From assembly GCA_030765145.1 (NCBI GenBank), contig JAVCDA010000046.1, positions 6,142 to 70,141 of the forward strand: 64,000 nucleotides of DNA, read 5' to 3'. The notes under the pieces are model-generated. The model was not told the DNA's origin and searched no databases. It saw nothing but the letters and a program-made list of their open reading frames with translations. Positions 38,617 to 49,308 of the stretch are shown here, one piece after another. This DNA comes from Candidatus Saelkia tenebricola. GTDB taxonomy: Bacteria; Omnitrophota; Gorgyraeia; Kaelpiales; Kaelpiaceae. A program made the translations under genes and the position numbers. Positions within the stretch are counted from its first letter, which is position 1. Every line of letters begins with the position of its first letter.

Positions 38617-39858
38617 ATGCATAGATTTAATTATCAAAGGTCTAATTTGTATGCTGAAGGAATAAAGGTGGAGAATATAATCAAACAGTTTGGTACTCCG
38701 CTGTATATTTACAGTGCTAATACAATCCTGGATCATTTTTTTAAATTGAAGCATGCTTTTAAGGTGCTTAATCCTTTGATTTGTTTTAGCATGAAATCCA
38801 ATTCTAGCTTAGCTATTATACGTCTTCTTGTTAAAAGCGGTTCCGGGATTGATGTTGTTTCTGGTGGTGAGTTGTATAAAGCAATTAAAGCAGGTTGTCC
38901 TGGGGTAAAAATTGTCTATGCCGGGGTAGGTAAAAGAGAGGACGAAATTGAAACTGCAATTAAAGCAGGTATTTTATTTTTTAATGTCGAATCTGTTCCG
39001 GAATTGGAAAAGATAAATAAAATTGCCAAAAGGTGTAAAAAAATACAAAGCGTTTGTATTAGGCTTAATCCGGATGTTGATGCTAAAACACATAAGTATA
39101 TTACAACTGGCAAAAAAGAAACCAAATTTGGTCTTCCATATAAAGTAGCGAAGAGTATATTTAAAAATAAATCCAAGTATAAAAATGTAAAGATTGAAGG
39201 GATTCATCTTCATATCGGGTCTCAAATCGTACGTTTAGACCCTTTTTTAAAAGCAATTAAAGTTGCTTTGGAATTAAAGAAGGAAGTAGACTTTGAATAC
39301 TTAAATATCGGTGGGGGTTTGGGAATAATTTATAAAAATGAGAAACCATTGCTACCTGATCAATATGCCAGAGAAATAGAAAAACTTCTTAAAGGAAGCA
39401 AGGTAAAGTTAATTCTTGAGCCTGGAAGGTTTATTGTCGGTAATGCTGGTATTTTAGTAACACGGGTAGTATATTTTAAAAAAGGAATTAATAAGAATTT
39501 CGCAATTACAGATGGAGGAATGAATTTACTTCTTAGGCCGGCATTATATGAGGCATATCATGAAATAAATTTGGTTAAGAAAAAAAACAAACCTAAAGTT
39601 AAAATGGATATAGTAGGTCCAGTTTGCGAAAGTTCTGATTTTCTGGGTCAAGACAGGATTTTACCTGTCCCTAAGGAAGGGGAAGCATTGGCTGTTTTTG
39701 GAGCTGGGGCATATGGGTCTGCGATGGCTTCTGTTTACAATGGCCATCCTCTTTGCGCAGAAGTATTGGTTAACGAAAAAGAAGTTTATTTGGTTAAGAA
39801 GAAGGAGAACTACAGGGATTTAATTCAGAATGATTTAATTCCTGATTTTTTAAGATGA
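38617..39858 (+). CDS. lysA: diaminopimelate decarboxylase
   Basis: Fold-III PLP decarboxylase with 'CESSDFLG' and 'GAGAYG'. Confidence 0.9.
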   Translation: MHRFNYQRSNLYAEGIKVENIIKQFGTPLYIYSANTILDHFFKLKHAFKVLNPLICFSMKSNSSLAIIRLLVKSGSGIDVVSGGELYKAIKAGCPGVKIVYAGVGKREDEIETAIKAGILFFNVESVPELEKINKIAKRCKKIQSVCIRLNPDVDAKTHKYITTGKKETKFGLPYKVAKSIFKNKSKYKNVKIEGIHLHIGSQIVRLDPFLKAIKVALELKKEVDFEYLNIGGGLGIIYKNEKPLLPDQYAREIEKLLKGSKVKLILEPGRFIVGNAGILVTRVVYFKKGINKNFAITDGGMNLLLRPALYEAYHEINLVKKKNKPKVKMDIVGPVCESSDFLGQDRILPVPKEGEALAVFGAGAYGSAMASVYNGHPLCAEVLVNEKEVYLVKKKENYRDLIQNDLIPDFLR

Positions 39859-40670
39859 AAGTTATTACATTTTCTAAAGCAGTTGCAACAGGTAATGATT
39901 TTGTGATTATAGAGAATAAAAAATATTCCACTAAAATTCTTAAATCTCTGGCTCAAAAATTATGCCTCAGAAAATATGGTATTGGCGCTGATGGTCTTTT
40001 GGTATCTCAAGAATCTAAGAAGGCTGATATTAAAATGAGAATTTTTAATTCCGATGGATCTGAGGCAGAAATGTGTGGTAATGGTATAAGATGTTTTATA
40101 CTATGGGCTTACAGAATGGGGTTAATAAAAAGTGTTTCTTTTGTTGAAACTATAGCTGGTGTGATTAAAGGTAAAGTTAAAAGTAATGCTGTGGTTTCTG
40201 TTAAACTGGATGCTTCTTTTGAGTATAAGGCTGGGATAAAAATACCTTTTAAAAACAGGATTTTTAAAGGAGATTATTTGGATACCGGAGTTCCTCATTT
40301 TGTAGTTGCAACTGATGACATAAATAATGTCAATGTTAAATCGTACGGAGAGTTTTTAAGGTATCATAAAATTTTTAAACCTCGAGGTACTAATGTGAAT
40401 TTTATACAGTTTGCAAATAATAAATTGTATGTTAGAACTTATGAAAGAGGAGTTGAAGATGAAACCCTTGCCTGTGGTACGGGGTGTGTTGCTTCAGCAC
40501 TTATATTGGGTAGAAAAAATGGTTATTTGGCCAAAGAATTTACGGTGATACCTAAAAGCAAAGAGAAGCTTAAAATAAGTTATCAGTTAAAAAACGGTGA
40601 GTTTAAAAATGTATATTTAGAAGGCAAAGCAGATATTTTGTTTAGTGCTGAATTCTGCTTTGATAAATAG
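39855..40670 (+). CDS. dapF: diaminopimelate epimerase
   Basis: 'NSDGSEAEMCGNGIRC' with a first catalytic Cys, and a second Cys in 'ACGTGC'. Confidence 0.9.
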   Translation: MKVITFSKAVATGNDFVIIENKKYSTKILKSLAQKLCLRKYGIGADGLLVSQESKKADIKMRIFNSDGSEAEMCGNGIRCFILWAYRMGLIKSVSFVETIAGVIKGKVKSNAVVSVKLDASFEYKAGIKIPFKNRIFKGDYLDTGVPHFVVATDDINNVNVKSYGEFLRYHKIFKPRGTNVNFIQFANNKLYVRTYERGVEDETLACGTGCVASALILGRKNGYLAKEFTVIPKSKEKLKISYQLKNGEFKNVYLEGKADILFSAEFCFDK

Positions 40671-40684
40671 GGGAGGTGAAATTT

Positions 40685-41563
40685 ATGTTCCGTGGTTCTA
40701 TGGTTGCACTTGTTACTCCTTTTAAAAACGGTAAGATTGATAGGAGTGGATTGAAAAAACTAGTTAGGTTTCATATTGATAACAATACTTCTGCTATTGT
40801 TCCCTGTGGAACTACAGGAGAATCTGCCACGCTTTCTTACGATGAGCATAAATTGGTAATTGATATTATTTTAGAGGAGGCGAAGGGTAAGATTCCGATT
40901 ATTGCAGGTACAGGTTCTAATTCTACATGGGAAGCTGTTAAGCTTACAAAATTTGCAAATAGAAAAGGAGTACAAGGTGCTCTTTTAATTTGTCCCTATT
41001 ACAATAAGCCTACGCAGCGCGGGTTATATCATCATTTTAAAGCAATAGCTGAGGAAGTGAATATTCCTTTGATACTTTATAATATACCATCACGTACTGG
41101 CATTAATATGTTGCCTGAAACTATTGCTCGTTTGGGGAGGGATTTTAAGAATATTGTTGGAGTCAAGGAGGCGACAGGAAACTTGGACCAAATGATAGCA
41201 ATTAAAAACATAGCTCCCCGGAATTTTATTTTAATTTCCGGAGATGATGCTTTAACGCTGCCGATTTTATCTATCGGAGGAACGGGGGTAATATCTGTGC
41301 TTGCCAATATTATGCCCAGAGAAGTTGAAGATGTTGTTAGGAAATTTGAAGAAGGAAATATAAAAAAAGCCAGGGAACTTAACTTAAAGCTATATCCTTT
41401 GGTTAAAACAATGTTTGTTGAAACTAATCCCGGGCCTGTAAAAACTGCTATGGGGTTAATGGGAATGATTTCTTCGGAGTTAAGACCGCCTATGTTTAAA
41501 ATGTCTAAAGAAAACGAAAAAATATTAAAAACAACTCTTAAAAAATACGGATTATTGAAATGA
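40685..41563 (+). CDS. dapA: 4-hydroxy-tetrahydrodipicolinate synthase
   Basis: 'MFRGSMVALVTPF' N-terminus typical of DapA. A GGGAGGTG RBS precedes the start. Confidence 0.9.
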   Translation: MFRGSMVALVTPFKNGKIDRSGLKKLVRFHIDNNTSAIVPCGTTGESATLSYDEHKLVIDIILEEAKGKIPIIAGTGSNSTWEAVKLTKFANRKGVQGALLICPYYNKPTQRGLYHHFKAIAEEVNIPLILYNIPSRTGINMLPETIARLGRDFKNIVGVKEATGNLDQMIAIKNIAPRNFILISGDDALTLPILSIGGTGVISVLANIMPREVEDVVRKFEEGNIKKARELNLKLYPLVKTMFVETNPGPVKTAMGLMGMISSELRPPMFKMSKENEKILKTTLKKYGLLK

Positions 41564-42363
41564 AAGTAAAAATTGTTATTTCCGGTTGTTTAGGCAGAAT
41601 GGGTGAAAGAATTGCGTGTTTAGCATTTAATGCATCAGATATTGAAGTTATAGCTGGTATTGAGAAAGAGGATCATCCCTCGATAGGAGAGGATTTGTCT
41701 GAAGTTTTGGGGAAGGGAAGAAGAGGTATCGAAATTACATCTGATTTTAAGCAGGCGATATCTAAATCAGATGTTTTGATAGAATTTACCAGCCCAAAAG
41801 TTACACTCAAACATATTCAAGTTGCATCGGGATTAGGAAAAAAAATTCTAATTGGTACAACAGGATTTGATGAGCAGGGAATTCAGGAAATAAAGAAAAC
41901 GGGTTCTGAAACAGCGGTTTTAATCTCTCCCAATATGAGCATAGGTGTAAATGTGATGTTTAAAATTATGCCTCAGCTTGTAAAATTATTAGGGGAAGAT
42001 TATGATATAGAGATTGTTGAGCTTCATCATAACAAAAAAAAAGATGCTCCCTCGGGGACGGCTAAAAAAATTGCAGAAATTATTTGTGATGCAAGAAGTA
42101 ATCTTAAATGCACATATGGTAGACAGGGGTTAACCGGGCCTCGCGATAAAGATGAACTTGCTATTCATGCTTTAAGATTGGGGGATATTACAGGAGAACA
42201 CAGGATTATATTTGCTGGTAATGATGAAAGAATAGAATTCATACATAGTGCAGGGTCTCGCGATATCTTTGCTGAGGGGGTAATACTTGGGGTTAGATAC
42301 ATCAGAGATAAAAAGAGCGGTTTTTATACTATGGGAGATGTGTTGTCCCAGCGGTTGAGATGA
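41560..42363 (+). CDS. dapB: 4-hydroxy-tetrahydrodipicolinate reductase
   Basis: Rossmann N-terminus and the 'ELHHNKKKDAPSGTA' motif. Confidence 0.9.
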   Translation: MKVKIVISGCLGRMGERIACLAFNASDIEVIAGIEKEDHPSIGEDLSEVLGKGRRGIEITSDFKQAISKSDVLIEFTSPKVTLKHIQVASGLGKKILIGTTGFDEQGIQEIKKTGSETAVLISPNMSIGVNVMFKIMPQLVKLLGEDYDIEIVELHHNKKKDAPSGTAKKIAEIICDARSNLKCTYGRQGLTGPRDKDELAIHALRLGDITGEHRIIFAGNDERIEFIHSAGSRDIFAEGVILGVRYIRDKKSGFYTMGDVLSQRLR

Positions 42364-44087
42364 AAAAAAAAGTAAAAATTGTTCTATTATCTGCTGCTAT
42401 TTTAATAGGTATTGTTATCTCAATAACAGACGTATTCTTTTCTTTTGATCGTAATCTTATTAGCTGGTATCTGAAAGATATTGATATAATTGGAGATGAA
42501 ATAGTTGTAGTGACAGTTGAGGAGGAAAGTTTCGTTGAAGAAAAACTTTGGCCTTGGTCTTCTGGTTGGTCAAAGTACCTGGTTTCATTTATTTTGGACT
42601 TAAAACCAAGAAATCTTGTTCTGGGGTCTCGTTTTGTAAAAGAAGTCAAAGATTTGAATTCTTACGGTAAGATTTTAAGAGATCCACGTCTTGTTATGCC
42701 TTTTAGCAGTAAAGAATCGGTGAGAGAAAATGATGAATCTCCCACTGATTTTATTCAGCAAAGACGGGGATATTTTCACTATTATAACCGGAATAATAAT
42801 TTATCTGAAATAGGTTTTTCAAATTCAGGCGAAAGTGCGTATTCAAAGAAAATGTTTAACAAACAAGGTTTCTATTTTTTACCACAGGATGAAAATGTTA
42901 CGGTTATATCTGCTAATAGTATTGCTCTATCTGGTTTTTTAAAATCTGAAGGTTATAAAGCTCAAGATGAAATCGACTTCATAAAAGATAAAATTGTTCT
43001 TTTGGAAAGTAATGGTGGGGATTTAAATAAAGAAATTTCATTTTTAAGTGCTCAGCTGCATGGAAATGTTTTTCTTGTATTGGCCAGAGAATTTAATGTA
43101 TATATTGCGGTGTTTATGTTTGCGGTTATTTATATATTGCTGAGATCGATTAAACTTAGGAAAGCAATTTTAATATTTTTATTGCTCTTAGGAGGGTCTT
43201 TTATATTTCAGAGAATATACTTTTCTGTTATGAGAATTTATATAGAACTGGCGCCTGTGGTTATATTTGCTTTTTTGGGATTGATAGTATCTGTTTTAGA
43301 GCAGGAGTATGATATGCGTATTCATAGGAAAGACAGGAAGGAAACTCAACTTGCCAGAATGCTGAAAGACAAGGAAATTTTACCCCATTCGATTGTAACA
43401 TCTAATGGTGCAGTGGTGAATGTAACTCGTTATAAAATGGACAAAGTAGGAGGTGATTTCTACCAGTTTTTAGAATTTGCTAAAGGAGAACTCGGGATAG
43501 TGTTAGGCTGGGTTCCGGGCAGTGGGGTTGAAAGAGTGAGGTATATTATGGAGATTGTACATAGCTGGCGGGATTTTGCTTCTGTCTATAAGGAACCTGG
43601 TAAAGTTATTCAAGTACTTAATAATTCTCTGTTTAGATATGCCGAAGAAGGAAAATATACGACTTTTATTTATCTTCTTTATGATGCCAAGAAAGGATTT
43701 TTAAAATATGTTAATGCAGGGCATGATCCTTTAATTTTTGTAGATAAAAAAGAAAATATTAAAATTATCAATGCTCAGGAACCTACACCTTTAGGTATAG
43801 CAAGAGATGTTCCGTTTTATGAGGGAGAAATCAATTTAACAGAAATAGGGGATGCGATGGTCATTGGTTATAGCGGTGGTATTTCCAGATTGATTGCAGA
43901 TTCCGGAGGTTTAAAAAGCGAATTTTTACAGCGATTCAATAGCTATTTGAAGTATGAATCTGGTAAATTGTCAGATGAAGTATTTAGTGATTTTTTGAAA
44001 TATTATTCTAAAAAGCCGGAGGAAGAATGGTCTTTACTCACTTTAAAAATAACGGAGCCAGTAAATCCGATATCAATGTCAATTTAA
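42360..44087 (+). CDS. membrane sensor phosphatase: N-terminal CHASE2-like extracytoplasmic domain, TM helices, C-terminal PP2C (SpoIIE/RsbU-type) Ser/Thr phosphatase
   Basis: A CHASE2-like start 'IVVVTVEEESF...LWPWSSGWSKYL...LDLKPRNL', three hydrophobic helices around residues 250-315, and PP2C motifs 'VGGDFYQF', 'VPGSGVE' and 'NAGHDP'. Confidence 0.7.
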   Translation: MKKKVKIVLLSAAILIGIVISITDVFFSFDRNLISWYLKDIDIIGDEIVVVTVEEESFVEEKLWPWSSGWSKYLVSFILDLKPRNLVLGSRFVKEVKDLNSYGKILRDPRLVMPFSSKESVRENDESPTDFIQQRRGYFHYYNRNNNLSEIGFSNSGESAYSKKMFNKQGFYFLPQDENVTVISANSIALSGFLKSEGYKAQDEIDFIKDKIVLLESNGGDLNKEISFLSAQLHGNVFLVLAREFNVYIAVFMFAVIYILLRSIKLRKAILIFLLLLGGSFIFQRIYFSVMRIYIELAPVVIFAFLGLIVSVLEQEYDMRIHRKDRKETQLARMLKDKEILPHSIVTSNGAVVNVTRYKMDKVGGDFYQFLEFAKGELGIVLGWVPGSGVERVRYIMEIVHSWRDFASVYKEPGKVIQVLNNSLFRYAEEGKYTTFIYLLYDAKKGFLKYVNAGHDPLIFVDKKENIKIINAQEPTPLGIARDVPFYEGEINLTEIGDAMVIGYSGGISRLIADSGGLKSEFLQRFNSYLKYESGKLSDEVFSDFLKYYSKKPEEEWSLLTLKITEPVNPISMSI

Positions 44088-44863
44088 AAAACAACAATGA
44101 TTTGTTGGACTTAGATAAAGAAAAAGAAATTGTTGAATTGCTTTTTGAAGGCCTTAGCAGTTTAGAGCGTGGTATGCGAAGTTTGAGTAGAAATATTACT
44201 ACCCCTGTGGGTAAAATCAGTATTATTGCTGTTGATATGGTGGGTAGAGTTGTAATAGTTGAAATTGGAAAAAGTGATGTAGAAGATCTAATTTTTAAAG
44301 CTATAGATCATTTTGATTGGGCGTTGACGCATATGAAAGATTTGGAAGAAAGGTATCAATTCTATAATATTGATCCTACTCTGGCTCCCAGGATTGTCAT
44401 TCTTGCTCCGAATTATTCTGAAAAATTTATTAAAAGGGCGACTTACTTAAATCCTACTTTTATTGACATCTATGAGTATCAAATTAAGGAAAGTATGGGA
44501 ACAAGAAAGGTTTATTTCAGGCCTTTTTCATTTATTAATCATAAAAAATGGATTATATATTTAAGGACGAAGTCAATAGATGATCACTTGAACTATTTGG
44601 AAAACGATGTTTTAAGAGAAGGATTAAAAAGTTTATTAGTTGAGGCTCAATCTTTAAGGAATGATTGTATAATAGATACTTCTTTGGGGTATGTTAAGTT
44701 TAAAGATAAAAGCGAAAATATTATTTTAGGGATATATATGTTAAAGAATTCTTTTTGGATTAATTGGGAGGAGAAAAGATGGGGTGGGCATTTCATCAAA
44801 AATAAAGACGATTTTAATGTTTTAAAGACAACTATTTTACGAGTTATCAGGAAGGAGGTATAA
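44027..44863 (+). CDS. hypothetical protein with an N-terminal RecB-family (PD-(D/E)xK, NucS/DUF91-like) nuclease-like motif
   Basis: 'ISIIAVDMVGRVVIVEIGKSD...KAIDHFDWA' resembles the D...E-x-K core of NucS/COG1637 nucleases. The C-terminal 150 aa are unknown. The start is uncertain (ATG 44027, TTG 44102 or ATG 44174). Confidence 0.4.
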   Translation: MVFTHFKNNGASKSDINVNLKNNNDLLDLDKEKEIVELLFEGLSSLERGMRSLSRNITTPVGKISIIAVDMVGRVVIVEIGKSDVEDLIFKAIDHFDWALTHMKDLEERYQFYNIDPTLAPRIVILAPNYSEKFIKRATYLNPTFIDIYEYQIKESMGTRKVYFRPFSFINHKKWIIYLRTKSIDDHLNYLENDVLREGLKSLLVEAQSLRNDCIIDTSLGYVKFKDKSENIILGIYMLKNSFWINWEEKRWGGHFIKNKDDFNVLKTTILRVIRKEV

Positions 44864-46033
44864 GTGAATGTTATTTTTGAAAGTTCTCAAAAGCTAGGTA
44901 AGTTACCGCCGTATCTTTTTGTTGAAATAGATAGGCTGAAGAAAAAACTGCTTGAGGCAGGTGAAGATATAATAAATTTAGGTATTGGGGATCCGGATCT
45001 TGCTACACCTCAAGAGATAATAGATGAGTTAAATAGAACTTCACGTGATGCTAAAAACCATTGTTATCCTATGGATTTAGGAGTTAAAGAGTTAAGATAC
45101 GGAATAACAAAGTGGTTTTCAAATAGATTCAGTGTTGATTTAGACCCGGATTGTGAGGTCTTACCATTGATAGGTTCCAAGGAAGGTATTGCTCATTTTC
45201 CTCTTGCGGTAGTTAATCCGGGAGATGTGGTTTTAATACCCGAGCCTCTTTATCCTCCGTATAGAAGCGGTGCGATTTTTGCAGGAGCCGAGATGATATA
45301 TTTACCGCTAGAGGAAGAACATGGGTTTTTACCTCAGGTTAAGAGTTTGGATAAAGATATTCTAAAGAAAACAAAAATTCTTTATTTAAACTTCCCTAAT
45401 AATCCTACAACGTCTGTTGTTGATAAGGAATATTTAGAAGATATTGTCCAAATGGCGAGGGAGTTTAACTTTATCATTCTTTATGATGCGGCTTATTCAG
45501 AAATTACTTTTGATGGATTTAAAGCTCCGAGTATCTTAGAAATTAAAGGAGCTAAAGATGTAGCAATAGAATTTCATTCTTTTTCTAAAACGTATAATAT
45601 GACAGGCTGGAGGTTAGGGTGGGCTTGTGGCAATAGAAAACTAGTTGAATACTTACGGCAAGTGAAATCCAATATTGACTCCGGTGTTTTTAATCCTGTG
45701 CAATTTGCCGGAATAAAAGCGCTTGAAATGTATCCCGACCATATAACTCAAGTTAGAGAGATTTATTTAAACAGGAGGGATGTTTTTCTTAATGCTTTAG
45801 GTAAATGCGGCTGGGAGATAGATTATCCAAAATCTACATTTTATATTTGGGCTAAGTTGCCTAAAAATGTTGATTCGACTAAGTTTTGTAAGATGTTACT
45901 TGAAGAATGTCACCTAATCGCTACCCCAGGTATTGGATTTGGACCTTCTGGAGAAGGTTATGTTAGGTTTTCACTTGTCACAACAGAAGAGCGTCTTTTG
46001 GAAGCTGCAAAGAGAATTTCTAAAATTTTGTGA
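44864..46033 (+). CDS. dapL: LL-diaminopimelate aminotransferase-like class I aminotransferase (DapL pathway)
   Basis: 'LPPYLFVEIDRLKKK...INLGIGDPDLATP' N-terminus and a PLP-Lys 'SFSKTYNMTGWRLGWA'. Context of dapA, dapB, dapF and lysA with no dapD/dapE in the window. GTG start. Confidence 0.65.
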   Translation: MNVIFESSQKLGKLPPYLFVEIDRLKKKLLEAGEDIINLGIGDPDLATPQEIIDELNRTSRDAKNHCYPMDLGVKELRYGITKWFSNRFSVDLDPDCEVLPLIGSKEGIAHFPLAVVNPGDVVLIPEPLYPPYRSGAIFAGAEMIYLPLEEEHGFLPQVKSLDKDILKKTKILYLNFPNNPTTSVVDKEYLEDIVQMAREFNFIILYDAAYSEITFDGFKAPSILEIKGAKDVAIEFHSFSKTYNMTGWRLGWACGNRKLVEYLRQVKSNIDSGVFNPVQFAGIKALEMYPDHITQVREIYLNRRDVFLNALGKCGWEIDYPKSTFYIWAKLPKNVDSTKFCKMLLEECHLIATPGIGFGPSGEGYVRFSLVTTEERLLEAAKRISKIL

Positions 46034-46548
46034 GTAAAATCTATATCGGTTTAGGATCTAATCTGGGTAATAAAAAAAATAATTTAGAGACGGCTTTGAT
46101 TGAATTAAAAAAAATAGCAATAGTTAATAAGGTTTCTTCGTTATATCAATCTTCGCCGTGGGGTTATAAAAATCAGGAGGATTTTTATAATGCGGTGGTT
46201 GAGGTAGATGTAGATTTGAGTCCGCAAGAACTTCTTGATAGGTTAAAAGAGATAGAGGCAAAATTTATGTCTGTAAAATCAGTTAGATGGGGACCGAGGA
46301 TTATTGATTTAGATATTCTTTTATATGATCAGCAAATTGTTGATTCTCCGCAGTTAAAAATTCCTCATCCGGAAATTAAAAATAGAATTTTTGTATTGAT
46401 TCCACTTTTAGAATTAAATTCGGAATTAATTGATCCAGATACTAAGATTAAATTTTTAGAGGAGGTATCTTTACTTAAGAGCAATGAGGAAGTTAATAGA
46501 ATAGCATTTTTTAACGAAAAAGAACGAAGATGGAATGAAGATATTTAA
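46030..46548 (+). CDS. folK: 2-amino-4-hydroxy-6-hydroxymethyldihydropteridine diphosphokinase (HPPK)
   Basis: 'YIGLGSNLG' and 'RWGPRIIDLDIL' motifs. Confidence 0.85.
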   Translation: MSKIYIGLGSNLGNKKNNLETALIELKKIAIVNKVSSLYQSSPWGYKNQEDFYNAVVEVDVDLSPQELLDRLKEIEAKFMSVKSVRWGPRIIDLDILLYDQQIVDSPQLKIPHPEIKNRIFVLIPLLELNSELIDPDTKIKFLEEVSLLKSNEEVNRIAFFNEKERRWNEDI

Positions 46549-47380
46549 ATCCGCTAAGAGTGTGCAGAATTATATTTTGTCTCTTAAGAGACAAGGTAGA
46601 AGGATTGGTTTTGTTCCTACCATGGGATGCCTTCACGATGGGCACTTGAGTTTAATTAAGCGTGCCAGAAAAGATAATGATGTTGTTGTATTAAGTATAT
46701 TTATCAATCCGATTCAATTTGGTCCTAATGAGGATTATAAACATTATCCTAGAAGTTTAAAAATGGATTTAATGCTTGCTCGTAATGGGGGAGTAGATGT
46801 TGTGTATTATCCTGATTCCCGAGAGATGTATACTGAAGATCATTGTACTTACGTAGAAGTAAACGGGATATCCGAAGTGCTATGCGGTGAGTTTCGCCCA
46901 GGCCATTTTAAGGGTGTTACAACTGTTTGTGCCAAATTGTTTAATATAGTGCAGCCTGATATAGTTTATTTAGGTAAGAAAGATTATCAGCAGGCGATAA
47001 TTATTAAGCAGATGGTTAAGAATTTGAATATGCCTTTAAGAATTAAAATTGTACCTATCGTAAGAGAAAAAGATGGATTGGCTATCAGTTCAAGAAACAG
47101 AAACCTTACTAAGGGTAACAGAAAACAGGCTCTGGTTATTTTTAAATCATTACAAACTGTTAGAGGATTAGTTAAAGATGGAGTGAAAGATACGGGTAAA
47201 ATAAAAAGTAAAGTTGAAAATATTATTTCAAATATGCCGGGAATCAAGGTAGAATATATCCGAGTTGTAGATTTGAAACTCTTACAACCTGTTGCTGTAA
47301 TCAAAAAACCTGTTCTTTTAGCAATAGTTGTTTGGATTAAAAAAGTACGTTTGATAGATAATATAATTTTAAAACCATGA
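46535..47380 (+). CDS. panC: pantoate--beta-alanine ligase
   Basis: 'GFVPTMGCLHDGHLSL' HIGH-type motif. Confidence 0.9.
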   Translation: MKIFKSAKSVQNYILSLKRQGRRIGFVPTMGCLHDGHLSLIKRARKDNDVVVLSIFINPIQFGPNEDYKHYPRSLKMDLMLARNGGVDVVYYPDSREMYTEDHCTYVEVNGISEVLCGEFRPGHFKGVTTVCAKLFNIVQPDIVYLGKKDYQQAIIIKQMVKNLNMPLRIKIVPIVREKDGLAISSRNRNLTKGNRKQALVIFKSLQTVRGLVKDGVKDTGKIKSKVENIISNMPGIKVEYIRVVDLKLLQPVAVIKKPVLLAIVVWIKKVRLIDNIILKP

Positions 47381-48177
47381 AAATAGGGATTGTTGGAGTT
47401 GGCACAATAGGAAAATCGGTGATTAAAAATGTAATCTCGCAGTATAAGGATAAGTTGAATGCTGTGTTTGTTTATGATCTTGATATTGATAATCTAAAAC
47501 ATGTAAAAGCTGATTTCGAATGGTTAAAACCGGTAAAATCCTTGGAAGAAATAGTTAAAAAAAGTGATTTTTTAGTAGAGTCAGCTTCTGTTGCTTGTGT
47601 TAAGAGCTTAATTCCTCTAATCGAAAAGTATAAAAAAGATGTACTGTTTATGAGTACTGGTGGTCTTTTGTCTCGTGAGGATTTTTTGAAAAAGTCAGAA
47701 GAACAAAGTGTTGAGATAATAATTCCTCATGGAGCTATCGCAGGATTGGATGCCATTAAAGCTGTTAAGTTAGCCGGTATTAAGAGTTTGAGTATAACCA
47801 GCTATAAGCCTGTTAGGTCTCTTTTAGGTTCTCCTTATCTTGTAAAAAATAAAATAAATCTTAAAAATGTTAAAGGTAAAAAACTTATTTTTGAAGGTAG
47901 TGTAAAAGAAGCTGTAAAAGGATTTCCCAAAAGCGTCAATGTTTCAGCTACGCTTCTTTTAAGCTCAGGGTTTAAGGATTTAAAGGTTCGGGTATATGCT
48001 CATGAAGATTCTAAAACGATTATTCATGTAGTAGATGTAGAATCTAATATATCGAATCTGCAGTTGGTTAGTAAAAATTATCCGTCTTTGGATAATCCGA
48101 GGACTTCTGCATTAGCAATTTACTCTGCCTGTGAGCATGTAAGGCAGTATATCTTTAAGAATTTCAATAAAAAGTAA
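47377..48177 (+). CDS. aspartate dehydrogenase-like protein (NadX/DUF108 family)
   Basis: 'MKIGIVGVGTIG' Rossmann motif, 'HGAIAGLDAIKA' and 'NPRTSALA' motifs; about 266 aa. Confidence 0.55.
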   Translation: MKIGIVGVGTIGKSVIKNVISQYKDKLNAVFVYDLDIDNLKHVKADFEWLKPVKSLEEIVKKSDFLVESASVACVKSLIPLIEKYKKDVLFMSTGGLLSREDFLKKSEEQSVEIIIPHGAIAGLDAIKAVKLAGIKSLSITSYKPVRSLLGSPYLVKNKINLKNVKGKKLIFEGSVKEAVKGFPKSVNVSATLLLSSGFKDLKVRVYAHEDSKTIIHVVDVESNISNLQLVSKNYPSLDNPRTSALAIYSACEHVRQYIFKNFNKK

Positions 48178-48198
48178 TTTAAGCTGTAACAATTCTAC

Positions 48199-48227
48199 TT
48201 GCAAAGGAGTATTTTTACTGTTAAAAT
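48199..48227 (+). promoter_or_regulatory. sigma70 promoter of gap (-35 TTGCAA, 17-bp spacer, extended -10 TGtTAAAAT)
   Basis: Hexamers read directly from the sequence, about 50 bp upstream of the gap ATG. Confidence 0.5.
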
Positions 48228-48251
48228 TTTTCTCCAAAAAGAGAAGTATAA

Positions 48252-49289
<1,038 letters not shown>

Positions 49290-49308
49290 GACCATTAATA
49301 TAATTGCT

